Of a stretch of DNA of 64,000 bases, positions 1-14,195 are shown piece after piece. The stretch is from Octopus sinensis (taxonomy: Eukaryota). The notes under the pieces are model-generated. The model had not been told where the DNA came from. It saw only the letters and a list, made by a program, of their open reading frames with translations, and made no database searches. How positions within the stretch are numbered: position 1 is the stretch's first letter; the number at the start of each line of letters is the position of its first letter. The translations under genes and the position numbers were made by a program. The stretch is from positions 75,144,001 to 75,208,000 of the forward strand of contig NC_043007.1 in the NCBI RefSeq assembly GCF_006345805.1, in the 5' to 3' direction.

Positions 1-989
1 TAGGCTTTACGTAAACATATCTAAAATATTGCCAAAAGAAGTTTTCTCTCCAAGAGTCTGAAAAAACAAAAATAGGTAACTACTATACCCTGGTCACTAT
101 TAATTTGTGTGATTTTAAGATGATTATCACCTTAGTTTCAAATATAGCAACTTAATCATTTAGGCAAATTAACCAAAACTTCAACCAATTTGTTTACCAT
201 TCATATGGTCATATTTCCTAAAATATTTGTCCAAATTTCATAAATGAGGTATCAAAATGTTTAATTTTGGATGTTCTCCAAGAAATAGCATGGTAAAAAT
301 TACATTTAAATATTTTCAAAAATTCATAGTTATACCAACTGTTAGGCGGGTAAAACACGTGTTTCTTATGAAGATCGCTGCCTCAACCATAATGAGTCAG
401 CCAGAGACGATTAGCCGAGCCATATTCACATAAGTGTTAAAACGTTTTTATGGCGATACTTTTCCTTTTATGGAGATACATTAGTTCGTGATTCTAGACT
501 AGGAAAATCTGAGAGCCATGGTTCAAATCTCAGTCGGGATCTCGTTACAGTAGTCTCGTTGCAGTGAGTTTGTCATACCGCAAACGAAACGAAAATATGC
601 AGTAAAAAAATTAGCAGTTGAAACAACAAAGACAATTACATTTTGTAAACATTATTGAAACCATAAGGGCAAAATTTTCACAACCATAAGAGAAACGGTT
701 CAAAATGGTCACAAAGCGTCACAAAGGATCACAATATAGACCAAATACATGGATAAACAGTCACAACACAGAAAATAATATCATACATATGTGTTTGTAG
801 TTGGCAGACGATGTGCCGTAATGTTTTTCGCATTCTTTTTTTTTTCAAGGACAATAGCTTTTTATGCTGCGGGTGTCTGTGCATGTACATATAGGCGAAT
901 TTTATGTTGTTTGTGGTTGTGTTGGTTGTGTTTGCATCAATATAAACTTTTTTGAAACTTCTTTTCTACTTTAAGCACAAGGCCGGAAA

Positions 990-1460
990 TTTGGGGGAAG
1001 GGCCAGTCGATTAGATCAACCCTAGTACGCAACTTGGTCCTTAATTTATCAACCCTAAAAGAATGAAAGGCAAAGTCGACCTTGGCGGAATTTGAACTCA
1101 GAACGTAGAGACAGACGAAATACCTATTTCTTTACTACCCACAAGGGGCTAAACACAGAGGGGACAAACAAGGACAAATGGATTAAGTCGATTACATCGA
1201 CCCCAGTGCGTAACTGGTACTTAGTTTATCGACTCCGAAGAGATGAAAGACAAAGTTGACCTCGGCAGAATTCGAACTCAACGTAAAGACAGATGAAATA
1301 CTTCTTTTTTTACTACCCGCAAGGGGCTAAACACAGAGAGGACAAACAAGGACAGACAAACGGATTAAGTCGATTACATCGACCCCAGTGCGTAACTGGA
1401 ACTTATTTTTATCGACCCCGAAAGGATGAAAGGCAAAGTCGACCTCGGCGGAATTGGAAC
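990..1460 (-). mobile_element. tRNA-derived SINE family A, tandem multimer
   Basis: Repeated AAAGGCAAAGTCGACCTCGGCGGAATTTGAACTC (reverse of B-box GAGTTCAAATTCC). Confidence 0.85.
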
Positions 1461-1462
1461 TA

Positions 1463-1680
1463 CGAGAGGTTGCTGAAAAGTTCCTGGCTTTGGATAAGAG
1501 AAAATACAGGAGGATCAGTTAATTATGATGTTACCTAACATAATTCATTCTCAGATTCACACACTCATTGCAGCTGTCCTTCCGTTTTTCTAAGCCCTGC
1601 AAAAGAACTTGGAAGGTTGGGCCTCCAGCCAGACCTTTCGCGGTACACTTAAAGCCAGGAACTTTTCAGAACACCCTCCT
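1463..1680. mobile_element. Mariner-type MITE interrupting a SINE
   Basis: TA|CGAGAGGTTGCTGAAAAGTTCCTGGCTTT paired with AAAGCCAGGAACTTTTCAGAACACCCTC. Confidence 0.75.
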
Positions 1681-1710
1681 CTGTGTGTGTGCGTGTGTGT
1701 GTGTGTGTGT

Positions 1711-1766
<56 letters not shown>

Positions 1767-3084
1767 ATCCTTCGGTATTGGCCTCTAGAGCATCAATATG
1801 AGGAAACGACGTTATTCACTCTCTTTTTCATCCTTGCCTCTCTGTCATGGGGGAAGGCTGTATGGGTGAATGACGTCGCCTACCAATACCGAAGGATTGC
1901 CATATCTTTATGTATAAAACTGAAGTTGTGTGTGTGAGAGACTGTCTCCTCCGATTTAGATTCCTAACTACTCCCACATTTTGCGGTGCAGTTTAACCAA
2001 AAGTGGGTATCTTATAGTCGTGATTCATATCGAGCCCTTCTGGGTATTAACGCGCGTCTACGATGAGTCTACGATGATAAAAAAATTTACCATCATTTTT
2101 TCGCATTTTTAATGCATTTTTTTTCTCGGTTTATATAAGGGAAGTAACTCTCTAAAATGCTTATATAGATATTTCCCTTACAAACCCGAGCAACGCCGGG
2201 CGATACTGCTAGTAATAACTAGAGAAGCGATTATATTGGATCACAAGTATTCAACTACCTGTTAGAACTTTTTGAAACAAGGTATATAACTGCATTTCAA
2301 AGTACAGGTAGAAGAAACTCAAGAAAAATAGTAACAGATAGAAGGGCAAAGATACTGCTCAAATATTATCCGATGATTAATATTCTTATAACAGAATGCG
2401 GTTGTATCCATATACATTTGATCATTTTTTGTGAACCATTGTCTGAATTATGTCACGCTCAATCTCATATACTTTATTGTGTTACTAGCATATAACTATT
2501 ATCAAAAATGCCGACTGTTTTATTAATGATAGAACATTGCACATCGAAAGCAATGGGCGAAATCATTGATAGATGTCAGCAATCTAGTAAATATATGTAA
2601 TAAAATAATAAATAAAACATATGCATATATACATGCATATATGTACATACCTACATCTATATGTATATATACATGCATATATAGGTACAGGACACCAAAA
2701 AAAAAAAAAAACGTCGAACACAATGAGAAACGAAAACATAAAAACAGAACCGTGGAAAACAACGAAAAATGACATACGACACAAGGAAAATTCCCCTTCT
2801 TCAGCCGCCTCCGTTTCGTCTACTCCGCGTTCCGAAGGTAAAGGCGAATTGAATCACTTGAACAATCAGATACAGTTGCAACGCCTCGGTTAGAAATATC
2901 ATCAGCCATGTAATGTGTGTGGGGGGGTGCGAAAGATCTGCTTTTCCATACTCGCATGGGTTACACAGAGTTTGTATAGACAGATATCATTCTCATCGCC
3001 AGCCCTCACTTGATTACGTGGAAGGGATATCTCTTGCATAACAGTGACACTTGCATAATGTCAAAGCAAGGAGCTAGTAAAACA

Positions 3085-3121
<37 letters not shown>

Positions 3122-3775
3122 ACACACACACACACATACACACACACACACAGACATATACATACACACATCGAGTTGATCGTTAATATAACCATGATGT
3201 TCTAGTGATCCCAGGAGCTAGCTTTCTTTGCTTCCATTGGTTTGTGTATATACAACTGTATTGTTTAATACCGAGCATTTTAATACAACCATGAAAGCTT
3301 AATTTCTTTCACACTGAAATTCATACTACATGAAAAAGGTTGCGAAACACCCGTAACTCTAAGGATGTCAGGTGGTTAAATAACCATATATTCACCACTT
3401 TTACCTCATCACTTTTAGTTTATATGTACACATATATATAAATATAGATACATAGGAGCACTAGTAGGAGCACTCCGTCGGTTATGACGATGAAGGTCCC
3501 AGCTGATACGATCAACGGAACAGCTTGTTCGTGAAATTAACGTGTGAGTGGTTGAGCACTCCACAGACACGTGTACCCCTAACGTAGTTCTCAGGGAGAT
3601 TCAGCGTGACACAGAGTGTGACAAGGCCGGCACTTTGAAATACAGGTACAACTCATTTTTGCCAGTTGAATGGACTGGAGCAACAGGAAAAATAAAATGT
3701 CTTGCTCAAGGACACAACGCGTCGCCGGGAATTGAACTCACGACCTTATAATCGTGAGCCGAATGCGCCTTCATA

Positions 3776-3827
<52 letters not shown>

Positions 3828-3950
3828 GAGTGTGTGTGTGTGTGTGTGTGTATAATGCATGTATGTATGTATGCATGTATGTATATAATATATATAGATA
3901 TAGATATATATACATACATACGCACATACATACATACATACATACATACA

Positions 3951-4469
<519 letters not shown>

Positions 4470-4477
4470 TTATATAT

Positions 4478-4648
4478 TATAAAGATAGATAAGGCCGGTC
4501 TATGGGATTACCCTGGGTTTCACTTCCATAAAGCACTGCTTTATCATCAGAACTCAAAACCTGTCTGATGATACGCTGTAAAGCTAAGCGCTTTATGGAC
4601 GTGAAACCCAGGGTAAACTCCATAGACCGGCCTTACCTATCTTTTATA
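4478..4648. repeat. Fold-back hairpin / MITE (~57-bp arms plus inner ATCATCAG/CTGATGAT)
   Basis: GATAGATAAGGCCGGTCTATGG..TTACCCTGGGTTTCAC.TCCATAAAGC is mirrored at 4590-4648. Confidence 0.85.
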
Positions 4649-4732
4649 CTATACTATACAACTTAGAGTGTGCTTCCATGGCAAACAACCGATTAACTGC
4701 AGCAATCAAAATATCCCACTTTTGACACCAGT

Positions 4733-5639
4733 TGTTACGACGTGCCGTCGCTCAACTCGGCTCAGGACCCTAAGTCGAGCGACGACGACTACGCTCAGTC
4801 AAATCGGAGGTCCACCACTGAAAGCGGAAGTTGACAGCGAACGCAAACTAGTGACCGGAGACAACAACAAATGAAGAGAGACAGCGGAGGCAGTTTCTTA
4901 CATTTAACAACAATTTATATAATTTTTACAACATCAATTAAAGGTAATACATTTCAAATACATTTAACAGATCGTACACAGAGTTTTAAAAAAACAATCA
5001 ATGGCATTCAGCAAAATACAACGTCCGACAACAATCAGTTGACATGCACAATACAGAATTTGGAAAACAATCAAAACAAAGTCTTTCTCTTTTCTTTCTT
5101 ACACAATGTTCTTTTCCTTTTAGAAACACATCTTACAGTTCTTTTTTTCTTAAACAGATTACACGTTCTTTTTACAGAGTCTCTTTTTCAAACATCATAA
5201 TTCAACATTAAAGTCCAAACACAAATCGAAACATAAACAACAATACCGGCAACACTTCCTGAACATCACAAAACCCTACTATAAGTAGTCCAGCTTCTTC
5301 GCTGTCATCCTCCTTACTTCCTCTCGCTTGTCAATTTCTCAATCTTCTCTGCCTGTCTTCCTCGCCCCTTGCCAACTGTCATCCCCTGCATCGACTCACC
5401 GTCGCAACCGAACTCTTCTCCGACCTTTCGCTGTCTGATCTCTCGTAGCATTTTAAAGGGTGGCATTCCCATTTTTTTCAACTTTCCCTGGCTATGTAAG
5501 GGTCAGAGATACTTCCTACCCTCGTTATTTACTGTTGCCGTTGACAAGACAAAGACCCATTATTTCTTTTCCCCTCCGGGTCGACTCCAGCCAACGGAAC
5601 TAGTTCACTGCGTTTTTCCCTTTTTTCATCTCCGTAATA
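4733..5639 (-). mobile_element. Probable solo LTR (~0.9 kb)
   Basis: Begins TGTTACG and ends CGTAATA (imperfect TG...CA inverted termini). CpG-rich with a distinct composition. No clear TSD. Confidence 0.5.
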
Positions 5640-5719
5640 CTATATATATTTCAAAGCAAATATATATATATATCACGACCAGACCATCAGATGTATATAT
5701 ATATATATATATATATCAA

Positions 5720-5980
5720 GACCACACCATCAGATGTTGTTACACATCGCTGGTCACAATGCGTTCGCATTGTTTTTTAGCCTTCAAATGACGCCACCCT
5801 GCTGGCTATGCGAGAAAGAGTGGTGAAAGAGTACAGCGGGGATCACCACCCCCTGCCGGAGCCTCGTGGAGCTTTTAGGTGATTTCGCTCAATAAACACT
5901 CACAACGCCCGGTCTGGGAATCGAAACCGCGATCCTGCGACCGCGAGTCCGCTGCCCTAACCACTAGGCCATTGCGCCTC
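5720..5980 (-). mobile_element. tRNA-derived SINE family C, full length
   Basis: Head GAGGCGCAATGGCCTAGTGGTTAGGGCAGCGGACTCGCGG...GGTTTCGATTCC next to (TA)n. Confidence 0.8.
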
Positions 5981-6020
<40 letters not shown>

Positions 6021-6061
6021 ATATATGTATATATATATATGTATGTATATATATATATATA

Positions 6062-6558
6062 CTAGCAGTATCGCCCGGCGTTGCTCGGGTTTATAAGGGA
6101 AATAACTATATAAGCATTTTTAGAGAGTTACTTCCCTTATAGATGCCAATTCGGGCTTTCTTAGCCATTTCTGTTTTGGTGTCTTCAAGCCATGAAGTCG
6201 TTGTTCTAAAAGAACGCTGGTCTCCTTGACAACGCTTTACGACGTTGATTTCCTTACACTCTCTTCCCCACAGCTTCTCGAGGGAGGGAAGAAGGGGGAG
6301 AAGCAAACGGGTGCTGGTGTGACCATGGACGCCAACTCCGCCGCCATCGACACACGAAAAATTATGCATTAAAATGGAATAAAAAATTATGTTAAATTAT
6401 TTTTAAAATCGTAGACTCATCGTAGACGCGCGCTAATACTCAGACGGGCTCGATATGAATCACGACTATAAGATACCCGAATTTGGTTAAACTGCACCGC
6501 AAAATGTGGGAGTAGTTAGGAATCTAAATCGAAGGGGACAGACACTCACACAACTACA

Positions 6559-6570
<12 letters not shown>
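6062..6570 (+). mobile_element. Non-autonomous Helitron-like element (Lep1-like)
   Basis: 5' A|CTAGCAGTATCGCCCGGCGTTGCTCGGG hairpin and 3' ...AGACAGACACTCACACAACT..TTTTATATAT. Shorter copies at 1905-2212(-), 9545-9868(-) and 49465-49742(-). Confidence 0.72.
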
Positions 6571-6628
<58 letters not shown>

Positions 6629-6870
6629 ATATGAGGCGCAATGGCCTAGTGGTTAGGGCAGCGGACTCACGGTATATGTATGTATATATATATGTATATA
6701 TATATATATTATGACGAGCAATTTTATGACGAGTGAATTTCTTTTTGAAGTCCCCGTGTGTGTGTTTGATGGGGTGTGGGAGACAGACAGTATGCTGTGT
6801 AAGTGAAGTGCTTCTGTTAGTGCGTGCGAAGAGACAGAGAAAGTAATGTGTGAAAGAGAGAGATAACTGA

Positions 6871-7555
<685 letters not shown>

Positions 7556-7655
7556 GCGCAATAGCCTAGTAGTTAGGGCAGTGGACTCGCGGTATATATA
7601 TATATATATGGTTAATATAAAGCGTTACGCCTTTCAGAAAATAAAAAAAAAATGT

Positions 7656-8130
7656 GTGTAATAGGTGTAAAACAACTTCCTATGAACGAATATGAAAAAA
7701 AAATGCCCGCACGCGAAAGGGGGGTGGGGGAGAGGCCTCGGAAAATTCACATCGGGTATTTCCGAAAGCGTCTGAGGGGCTGACCCGGGCACCAAAACAA
7801 AAAAGAAATAGTGTAATATGTGTAAAACAACTTGCTCTAAACGAATATGACAAAAAAATGCGCACTCGCGAAAGAGGGGTGGGGGAGAGGCCTCGGAAAA
7901 TTTATATCGGGAATTTCCGAAAGCGTCTGAACCGGGCACAAAAACAAAAACAAAAACAGCGTAATAGGTGTAAAACAACTTGCTCTAAACGAATATGATA
8001 AAAAAAATGCGCGCTCGCGAAAGGGGGGTGGGAGAGAGGCTTCGGAAATTTCCCATCTTCAGTCCACGGCCTTTAAACTAAGAAAAAATAGTGTAATTGG
8101 TGTAAAACTACTTGTTCTAAACGAGTATCA
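7656..8130. repeat. ~3.3 tandem copies of a ~130-155 bp unit beside the Merlin ORF
   Basis: GTAATAGGTGTAAAACAACTT...CGAATATGA...GGGTGGGGGAGAGGC-type units start near 7658, 7811, 7961 and 8091. Confidence 0.85.
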
Positions 8131-8375
8131 AGAACACACACTCACACATGAATCATAAACTCCGTATTTCGCAAAAAAAAAAAATAAAGAGAAGAAATTC
8201 TGGAAAAAGTGAAGAAATGTTGGATCTCCGCCATGTGAATCAAAATACGTGTCAGAAACATCTTGAAATACTACAGAAATTATGTTACGAAAATGATAAT
8301 GTATACATACCTCTTTGAGTGGTCCATCGACAGTGTTGATAAAGAAATGAGATGGGTTGCGTTTGGAGGAAAAAA

Positions 8376-9248
8376 TTATCTCGGGCCAGGATAAAGACTT
8401 GCTGCTGCCAATAAGAATACGTGTATTCTCTTGGCAGCAGGTTTAATGCTGTCCATAAAAAGGAACTTCGCGAGGTATTGTTTTAAGTAACAGGCACGAA
8501 TGCCTGGGCGAACAACCGATCTCTTCACTGACCCCCACAATCTCTCTATCGTCTGTGTGTGCACCGACGCGTTTGTCGGATCCACAAAGTTTTCACTGTG
8601 GTTGATGCGGAAGTGGGTATACCCGAGATTTCCAAGAGAGTTATATGCAGCCCAAGAACCGCTATATACTACCGACCCTTGGCGTATATATCGGGTAATT
8701 AAGGGGATCAGCGTGGCGGCATCTCGCCTTTCCTCTTCACCACACTCAAATGAAAGAGGTATCAAAACTTTTTTTTTGCCTATTCGCTCTATCCCACCGA
8801 AAAGCCAGATAGTTTTTGTGAGTCTTCCGCGATTGTATTTTCTCCTTACAGTAACTGTTTCATCGATCTCCACTTCAACTCCTGGTCCACCGATTTGGTC
8901 CTGGTAATTCTCTACCCAATGCTGACAAACCTCGGAGCAGAAGGATCGCCAATCAATTGAGGTCGGATACGAAATGTTCAAATTTTCCACGTCTAATGCG
9001 TGCGACCAACAGTCTGTAAGGAAGTAATTCACAAATAACAAGATTTTACAGGGTGGTAGCTGACTCCGCTCCAAAAATGTGTTGCTGTATAGGGATATTG
9101 AATATCCACATTGCGTTGGCCTTTGCCTTCGACGGCGAACAGTCCTTCCACATCGGAAGATGTTTGTATTTTCGCGCAATGTACATGGTAAATTGCATCT
9201 TGGGCAGTCATCTACGACTGAAATGAATAAGAACTTGTTCTGTACCAA
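8376..9248 (-). mobile_element. Merlin/IS1595-family (ISXO2-like) DDE transposase ORF, 290 aa, probably inactive
   Basis: CPRC..C..C zinc ribbon, GGPGVEVEIDET, RKYNRGR, W.FGGIER, NHSENFVDP, HTQTIERLW. The second catalytic Asp reads SGSW (GGT). No ATG before the in-frame upstream stop. Confidence 0.92.
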
Positions 9249-10026
9249 GGAGCGGGAAATCCTCTACACCAGAAGAATGGATGAGTAAACACTGGTCAAT
9301 GAAAGGTCAGTCTTTTGTCTAAGAACAGTTGTTTACAAGACGATTGTTGGTACCAAGTTCTATTCAAGTTGTCCTTAATATCATTCCCAACACAGTTGAC
9401 TGCCCTAGATGCAGTATACCAGTATACGAAGTTTAAAACCTTTTAGTTACCTAGAAATTATGTTACAATGTGCCGTTCAAAAGGAAAAGATTCGAAACGT
9501 GATTTTGTGTGTTTGAAATTGATATAATTTACGATATATAAAAGAGAGTTTAACCAAAACCGGGTATCTTATAGTCATGATTCATATCGAGCCCTTCTGG
9601 GTATTACCGCGCGTCTACGATGAGTCTACGATTTAAAAAAAAATTTACCATCAATTTTTCTCATTTCTAATGCATTTTTGGCATATATAAGGGAAGTAAC
9701 TCTCTAAAAATTTATTATTAAATCTCAGAACGTAAAAAGCTACAGTAACACACACACACACCCTTTGTGGTTAGCCATATTGAGATGGCTATTATACTTT
9801 ACATCTCTAAAAATGCTTATATAGTTATTTCCCTTACAAATCCGAACAACGCCGGGCGATACTGCTAGTTTACGATAAAAATTTTGTTTCATTTTCATTA
9901 AAATACAAGTGACTTCAGAACTTACTGCAGTTCGCCTGCATTTAGCGTCTCTTATTGTCACTCACTCATGTTGTTGTAGTCTCCATTTACTAGCGTAACC
10001 GACGAGACACGTTCTGTTATATGTAG

Positions 10027-11716
10027 CTAGCAGTATCGCCTGGCGTTGCTTGTGTTTGTAAGGGAAATAACAATATAAGCATTTTTAGAGAGTTATAGCA
10101 AAAAAATAGCAAAAAAATGCATTAAAAATGGAATAAAAAATTATGGTAATTTTTTTTTTAATCGTTGACTCATCGTAGACATTTTTAGAGAGTTACTTCC
10201 CTTATATAATAGCGAAAAAATGCATTAAAATGGAAAAAATGATGGTAAATTTTTTTTAAATCGTAGACTCATCGTAGACGCGTGCTAATACCCAGAAGGG
10301 CTCGATATGAATCACGACTATAAGATACCCGGTTTTGGTTAAACTGCACCGCAAAATGTAGGAGTAGTTAGGAATCTAAATCGTAGGAGACAGACACACA
10401 ACTTCACTTTTATATATAAAGATTTGTGCAACAACTAAAACATTCGGTTGTGCAAATTGTTTGCACAGGAAACCTGCCCTGTGTGGCGGTTTTTGCCGTT
10501 TTTGTGGATCTGTTTCAGCTTTTTTAGCGATTTCTGTTTTGGCGACTTCAAGCCATGAAGTCGTTGTTCTAAAAGAACGCTGGTCTCCTTCACAACGCTT
10601 TACGACGTTGATTTCCCTACCCTGCCTTCCCCACAGCTTCACGAGGGAGGGAAGAAGGGGAGGAGCTACACAGGTGCAGGTGCGAGCATGAACGCCAACG
10701 CCGCCACCGACACACGAAAAAATTGGAAGAACCCAGACGACAGCTTCAGCCACCACCACCACCACCACCACGACCAACACCATCACCACTACCACCATGA
10801 CCACCACCACCACTACGCCCATGACCATCACCACCACCATCACGAAGACCACCACAACCACCACCACCACCACCATCATCACCACCACCACCACCATCAT
10901 CACCACGACCACCACCACCACCATCATCACCACTCCCACCACCACCACCACCACCAACAACAACACCACCACCACCACCACCACCACCACAAACGCGACG
11001 ACCACCACGACCACGACCACCATCACCACTACCAGCACCACCGCCACCACCGCTGCCACTACCACCGCCTCCACCACCACCATACTATGCCTCTGCTCTC
11101 TCCTTTTGGCTACTAAATCCATTACCATATTTTACAAGTACCATCGCCATACAATATTGCCTTCAAAAGTTTGTGTTTGGATAATATTTTTTAAGTAAAA
11201 GTTGTGCAACAACTATAACATTCGGTTGTGCAAATTATTTGCACGGGAAACCTTCTCTGTGTGGCGTGTTTCCCGATTTTGTAGAATTTGCTTTCGGGCT
11301 TTCTTAGCCGTTTCTGTTTTGGTGTCTTCAAGCCATGAAGTCGTTGTTCTAAAAGAACGCTGGTCTCCTTGACAACGCTTTACGACGTTGATTTCCTTAC
11401 ACTCCCTTCCCCACAGCTTCACGAGGGAGGTAAGAAGGGGGAGAAGTAACACAGGTGCAGGTGTGAGCATGGACGCCAACTCCGTCGCCATCGACACTGA
11501 AAAAATATGCGTTAAAATGGAAAAAAATTATGGTAAATTATTTTTAAAATCGTAGACTCATCGTAGACGCGCGCTAATACCAAGAAGGGCTCGATATGAA
11601 TCACGACTATAAGATACCCGAATTTGGTTAAACTGCACCGCAAAATCTGGGAGTAATTAGGAATCTAAATCGTAGGAGACAGACACTCACACAACTTCAC
11701 TTTTATATATATAGAT
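10027..11716 (+). mobile_element. Composite/tandem Helitron-like array
   Basis: One 5' CTAGCAGTATC end, two 3' ends (10423, 11716), internal duplications, and a direct repeat at 10424-10720 / 11203-11500. Confidence 0.7.
10740..11085. repeat. Degenerate (CAC/CAT/GAC)n trinucleotide array
   Basis: Direct reading. Confidence 0.95.
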
Positions 11717-11775
11717 GACTGAATCCTTTTGATCTGACGCCACGAAAAAAACTGAAGCTGATGAATGGTACGTCA

Positions 11776-12190
11776 GAAGAGTTGGCAGAAACGTTAGCAC
11801 GCCGGGCGAAATGCTTAGCCGTATTTCGTCTGCTGCTGCGTTCTGAGTTCAAATTCCGCCGAGGTCGACTTTGCCTTTCATCCTTTCGGGGTCGATTAAA
11901 TAAGTACCAGTTACGCACTGGGATCGATGTAATCGACTTGATCCGTTTGTCTGTCTTTGTTTGTCCCCTCTGTGTTTAGCCCTTTGTGGGTAGTAAAGAA
12001 ATAGGTATTTCGTCTGCCGTTACGTTGAGTTCAAATTCCGCCGAGGTCGACTTTGCCTTTCATCCTTTCGAGATCGATTAAATAAGTACCAGTTATGCAC
12101 TGGAGTCGATATAATCGACTTAATCCGTTTGCCTGTCCTTGTTTGTCCTATCTGTGTTTAGCCCCATGTGGGCAACTAAGAAATAAGAAG
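11776..12190 (+). mobile_element. SINE family A dimer
   Basis: TGGCAGAAACGTTAG A-box-like, GAGTTCAAATTCC B-box, body repeated twice. Confidence 0.85.
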
Positions 12191-13155
12191 AGGTATTTGA
12201 TAGTTATTTGAAAGAATTGAGATAAGCGCAATAATACCTATGAGCTGGACCGTGTACTAAGGTAACGAGGCGAGACCAGACAATTAATGGAATTATTTTG
12301 ATAGATAAACAGAGGTGGTGGGCTGGCAGAATCGTTACCGCATCGGACCAAATACTTAGCGACTTGTCTTCCGGCTCTTCATGCTCTGAGTTCAAACTAC
12401 GCCGAAGTCGACTTTGCCTTCCACATTTTGGGACGTCGATAAAATGAGTACCAGTTAAGCGCTGGAGTCGATGCAATTGACCTTCTCTTCCCCTCAAAAT
12501 TGCTGGCCTTGTGCCAAACTTAGAAAAGATTATGACAGAGAGAGGGGAATTAACTCCAGTACTGATCAGTTAGTTTATTAATCAGCCTCAATTTCGGCGG
12601 GATTTGACCTCCAAGCACTGATATAGAGAACAAAGGCCGAAGTTCTCACGATACAGTCGACTCGACCATCTTTCTAGTTAAGAAACCAGGCTATGAATGG
12701 AATTACAATAGAAACTCCAACGCAAACTCTTATTCGTTGAATTACACTGTCATAATTAGACATTAATTAAACAAGGGAACTTTCTGATCTCATTATTCTC
12801 TTTGAAACTTTCACGCGATTCAATCACCTCGCTACCCTCAAGTTAACTGGCATACCTACGCAAGAGTGTCCCCCTACCACGACTTTGTTTCCTCATAACA
12901 GCCATAAAAACTGATATTTTTTAATAACATTTTCTACAAACACGCTTCAGATAGTGTGAATTCCGATTATATCTAAATTTGTGAAGAAAAAATTTCTCCG
13001 TGGGTAGGGAGAAGAGTTTCAGAAAAATCAAACGAGTCACCTTTGTTTCCTCATAACTTTCAAAAAAATTATTATTTTCTTTTTCTTTTTTTTTTTTTCT
13101 AATGAAATTTCCGACAAATATCTTTCAGAGTATGTAGATTACAATTATATCGGAA

Positions 13156-13570
13156 GGCGGCGAGCTGGCAGAAACGTTAGCACGCCGGGCGAAATGCGTA
13201 GCCGTATTTCGTCTGTCGCTACGTTCTGATTTCAAATTCCGCCGAGGTCGACTTTACCTTTCATCCTTTCGGGGTCGATTAAATAGGTACCAGTTACGCA
13301 CTGGGGTCGATGTAATCGACTTAATCTGTTTGTCTGTCCTTGTTTGTCCTCTCTGTGTTTAGCCCCTTGTGAGTAGTAAAGAAATATGTATTTCGTCTGT
13401 CGTTACGTTCTGAGTTCAAATTCCGCCGAGGTCGACTTTGCCTTTCATCCTTTCGGGGTCGATAAATAAAGTAGCAGTTTCGCTCTGGGGTCGATGTGAT
13501 CGACTTAATCCGTTTGTCTCTCCTTGTTTGTCCCCTCTATGTTTAGCTCCCTGTGGGCAGTAAAGAAATA
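13156..13570 (+). mobile_element. SINE family A dimer with 10-bp TSD
   Basis: Full head GGCGGCGAGCTGGCAGAAACG. TSD TATATCGGAA at 13146-13155 and 13571-13580. Confidence 0.92.
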
Positions 13571-13973
13571 TATATCGGAATTTAATATGAAAAAAAGAAA
13601 AAAAAATTGGTGGGCTCATACTGAAAACGGTATCACATATATCTACAAAATGAAACTTGAAATTTCAAAAAAAAAAATCGTGATGTGTATCAGTATGTAT
13701 GTGTGCGAGTTCGCCATTTTTTTGTTCACATCAAATTCTGATATAATCGTAATTCACACACTCGGAAAGGAATTTGCTGAAAATTTCACTGAAAGTACTC
13801 ATTTTTCTGAAAGTTATGAGGCAAGACTTCGTTTTGTACCCAACAAAAAATACCCCTTTTTTATTTATTTAATTTTTTTTTCTACACAACCCCTGTTTTC
13901 AGTTACGGAGAATACGAATCTGCAAAAAATTGGCAAAAATCGGCATTTTTAAATTACCCCCTCCACACACACA

Positions 13974-14004
<31 letters not shown>

Positions 14005-14121
14005 TACACACCACCACCACCACTAATTCTTTATTTTAGCTTTTTTTCCAAAACATCAAAATATCTGGAAATATACGGAGATTATGATTCTGAAAAAATT
14101 TCAAAAGATTTTTCTACTTAT

Positions 14122-14195
14122 GGTTAGGGTTGGGGTTTTAGGGTTTTAGGGTGAGGGTTTTAGGGTTTTAGGGTGAGGGTTTTGGGGTTAGGTTA
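14122..14195 (+). repeat. Degenerate telomere-like (TTTTAGGG/TTAGGG/TGAGGG) tract
   Basis: GGTTAGGGTTGGGGTTTTAGGGTTTTAGGGTGAGGG... Confidence 0.85.

Noticed and set aside
2740-2910. Possible Penelope 3' end with CTGATGA on the minus strand
   Set aside because: The GAAA core reads GAGG and stems are absent, so it is too degenerate to call.
4565-4615. Hammerhead-like CTGATGA...GAAACCCAGGGTA
   Set aside because: No stem I pairing and an extra base before stem II. It is explained by the fold-back arms.
5900-5980. tRNA gene (also 13156-13230 and 15190-15258)
   Set aside because: A/B boxes are present, but there is no complete cloverleaf or acceptor stem. Each continues into a SINE body.
10376-11198. 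Poly-His, poly-Thr and poly-Val ORFs (up to 250 aa)
   Set aside because: All three come from one degenerate CAC trinucleotide array between Helitron-like repeats. There is no splice or domain evidence.
14122-14195. True telomere or chromosome-fusion scar
   Set aside because: Short, degenerate, single orientation and embedded in dispersed-repeat sequence.
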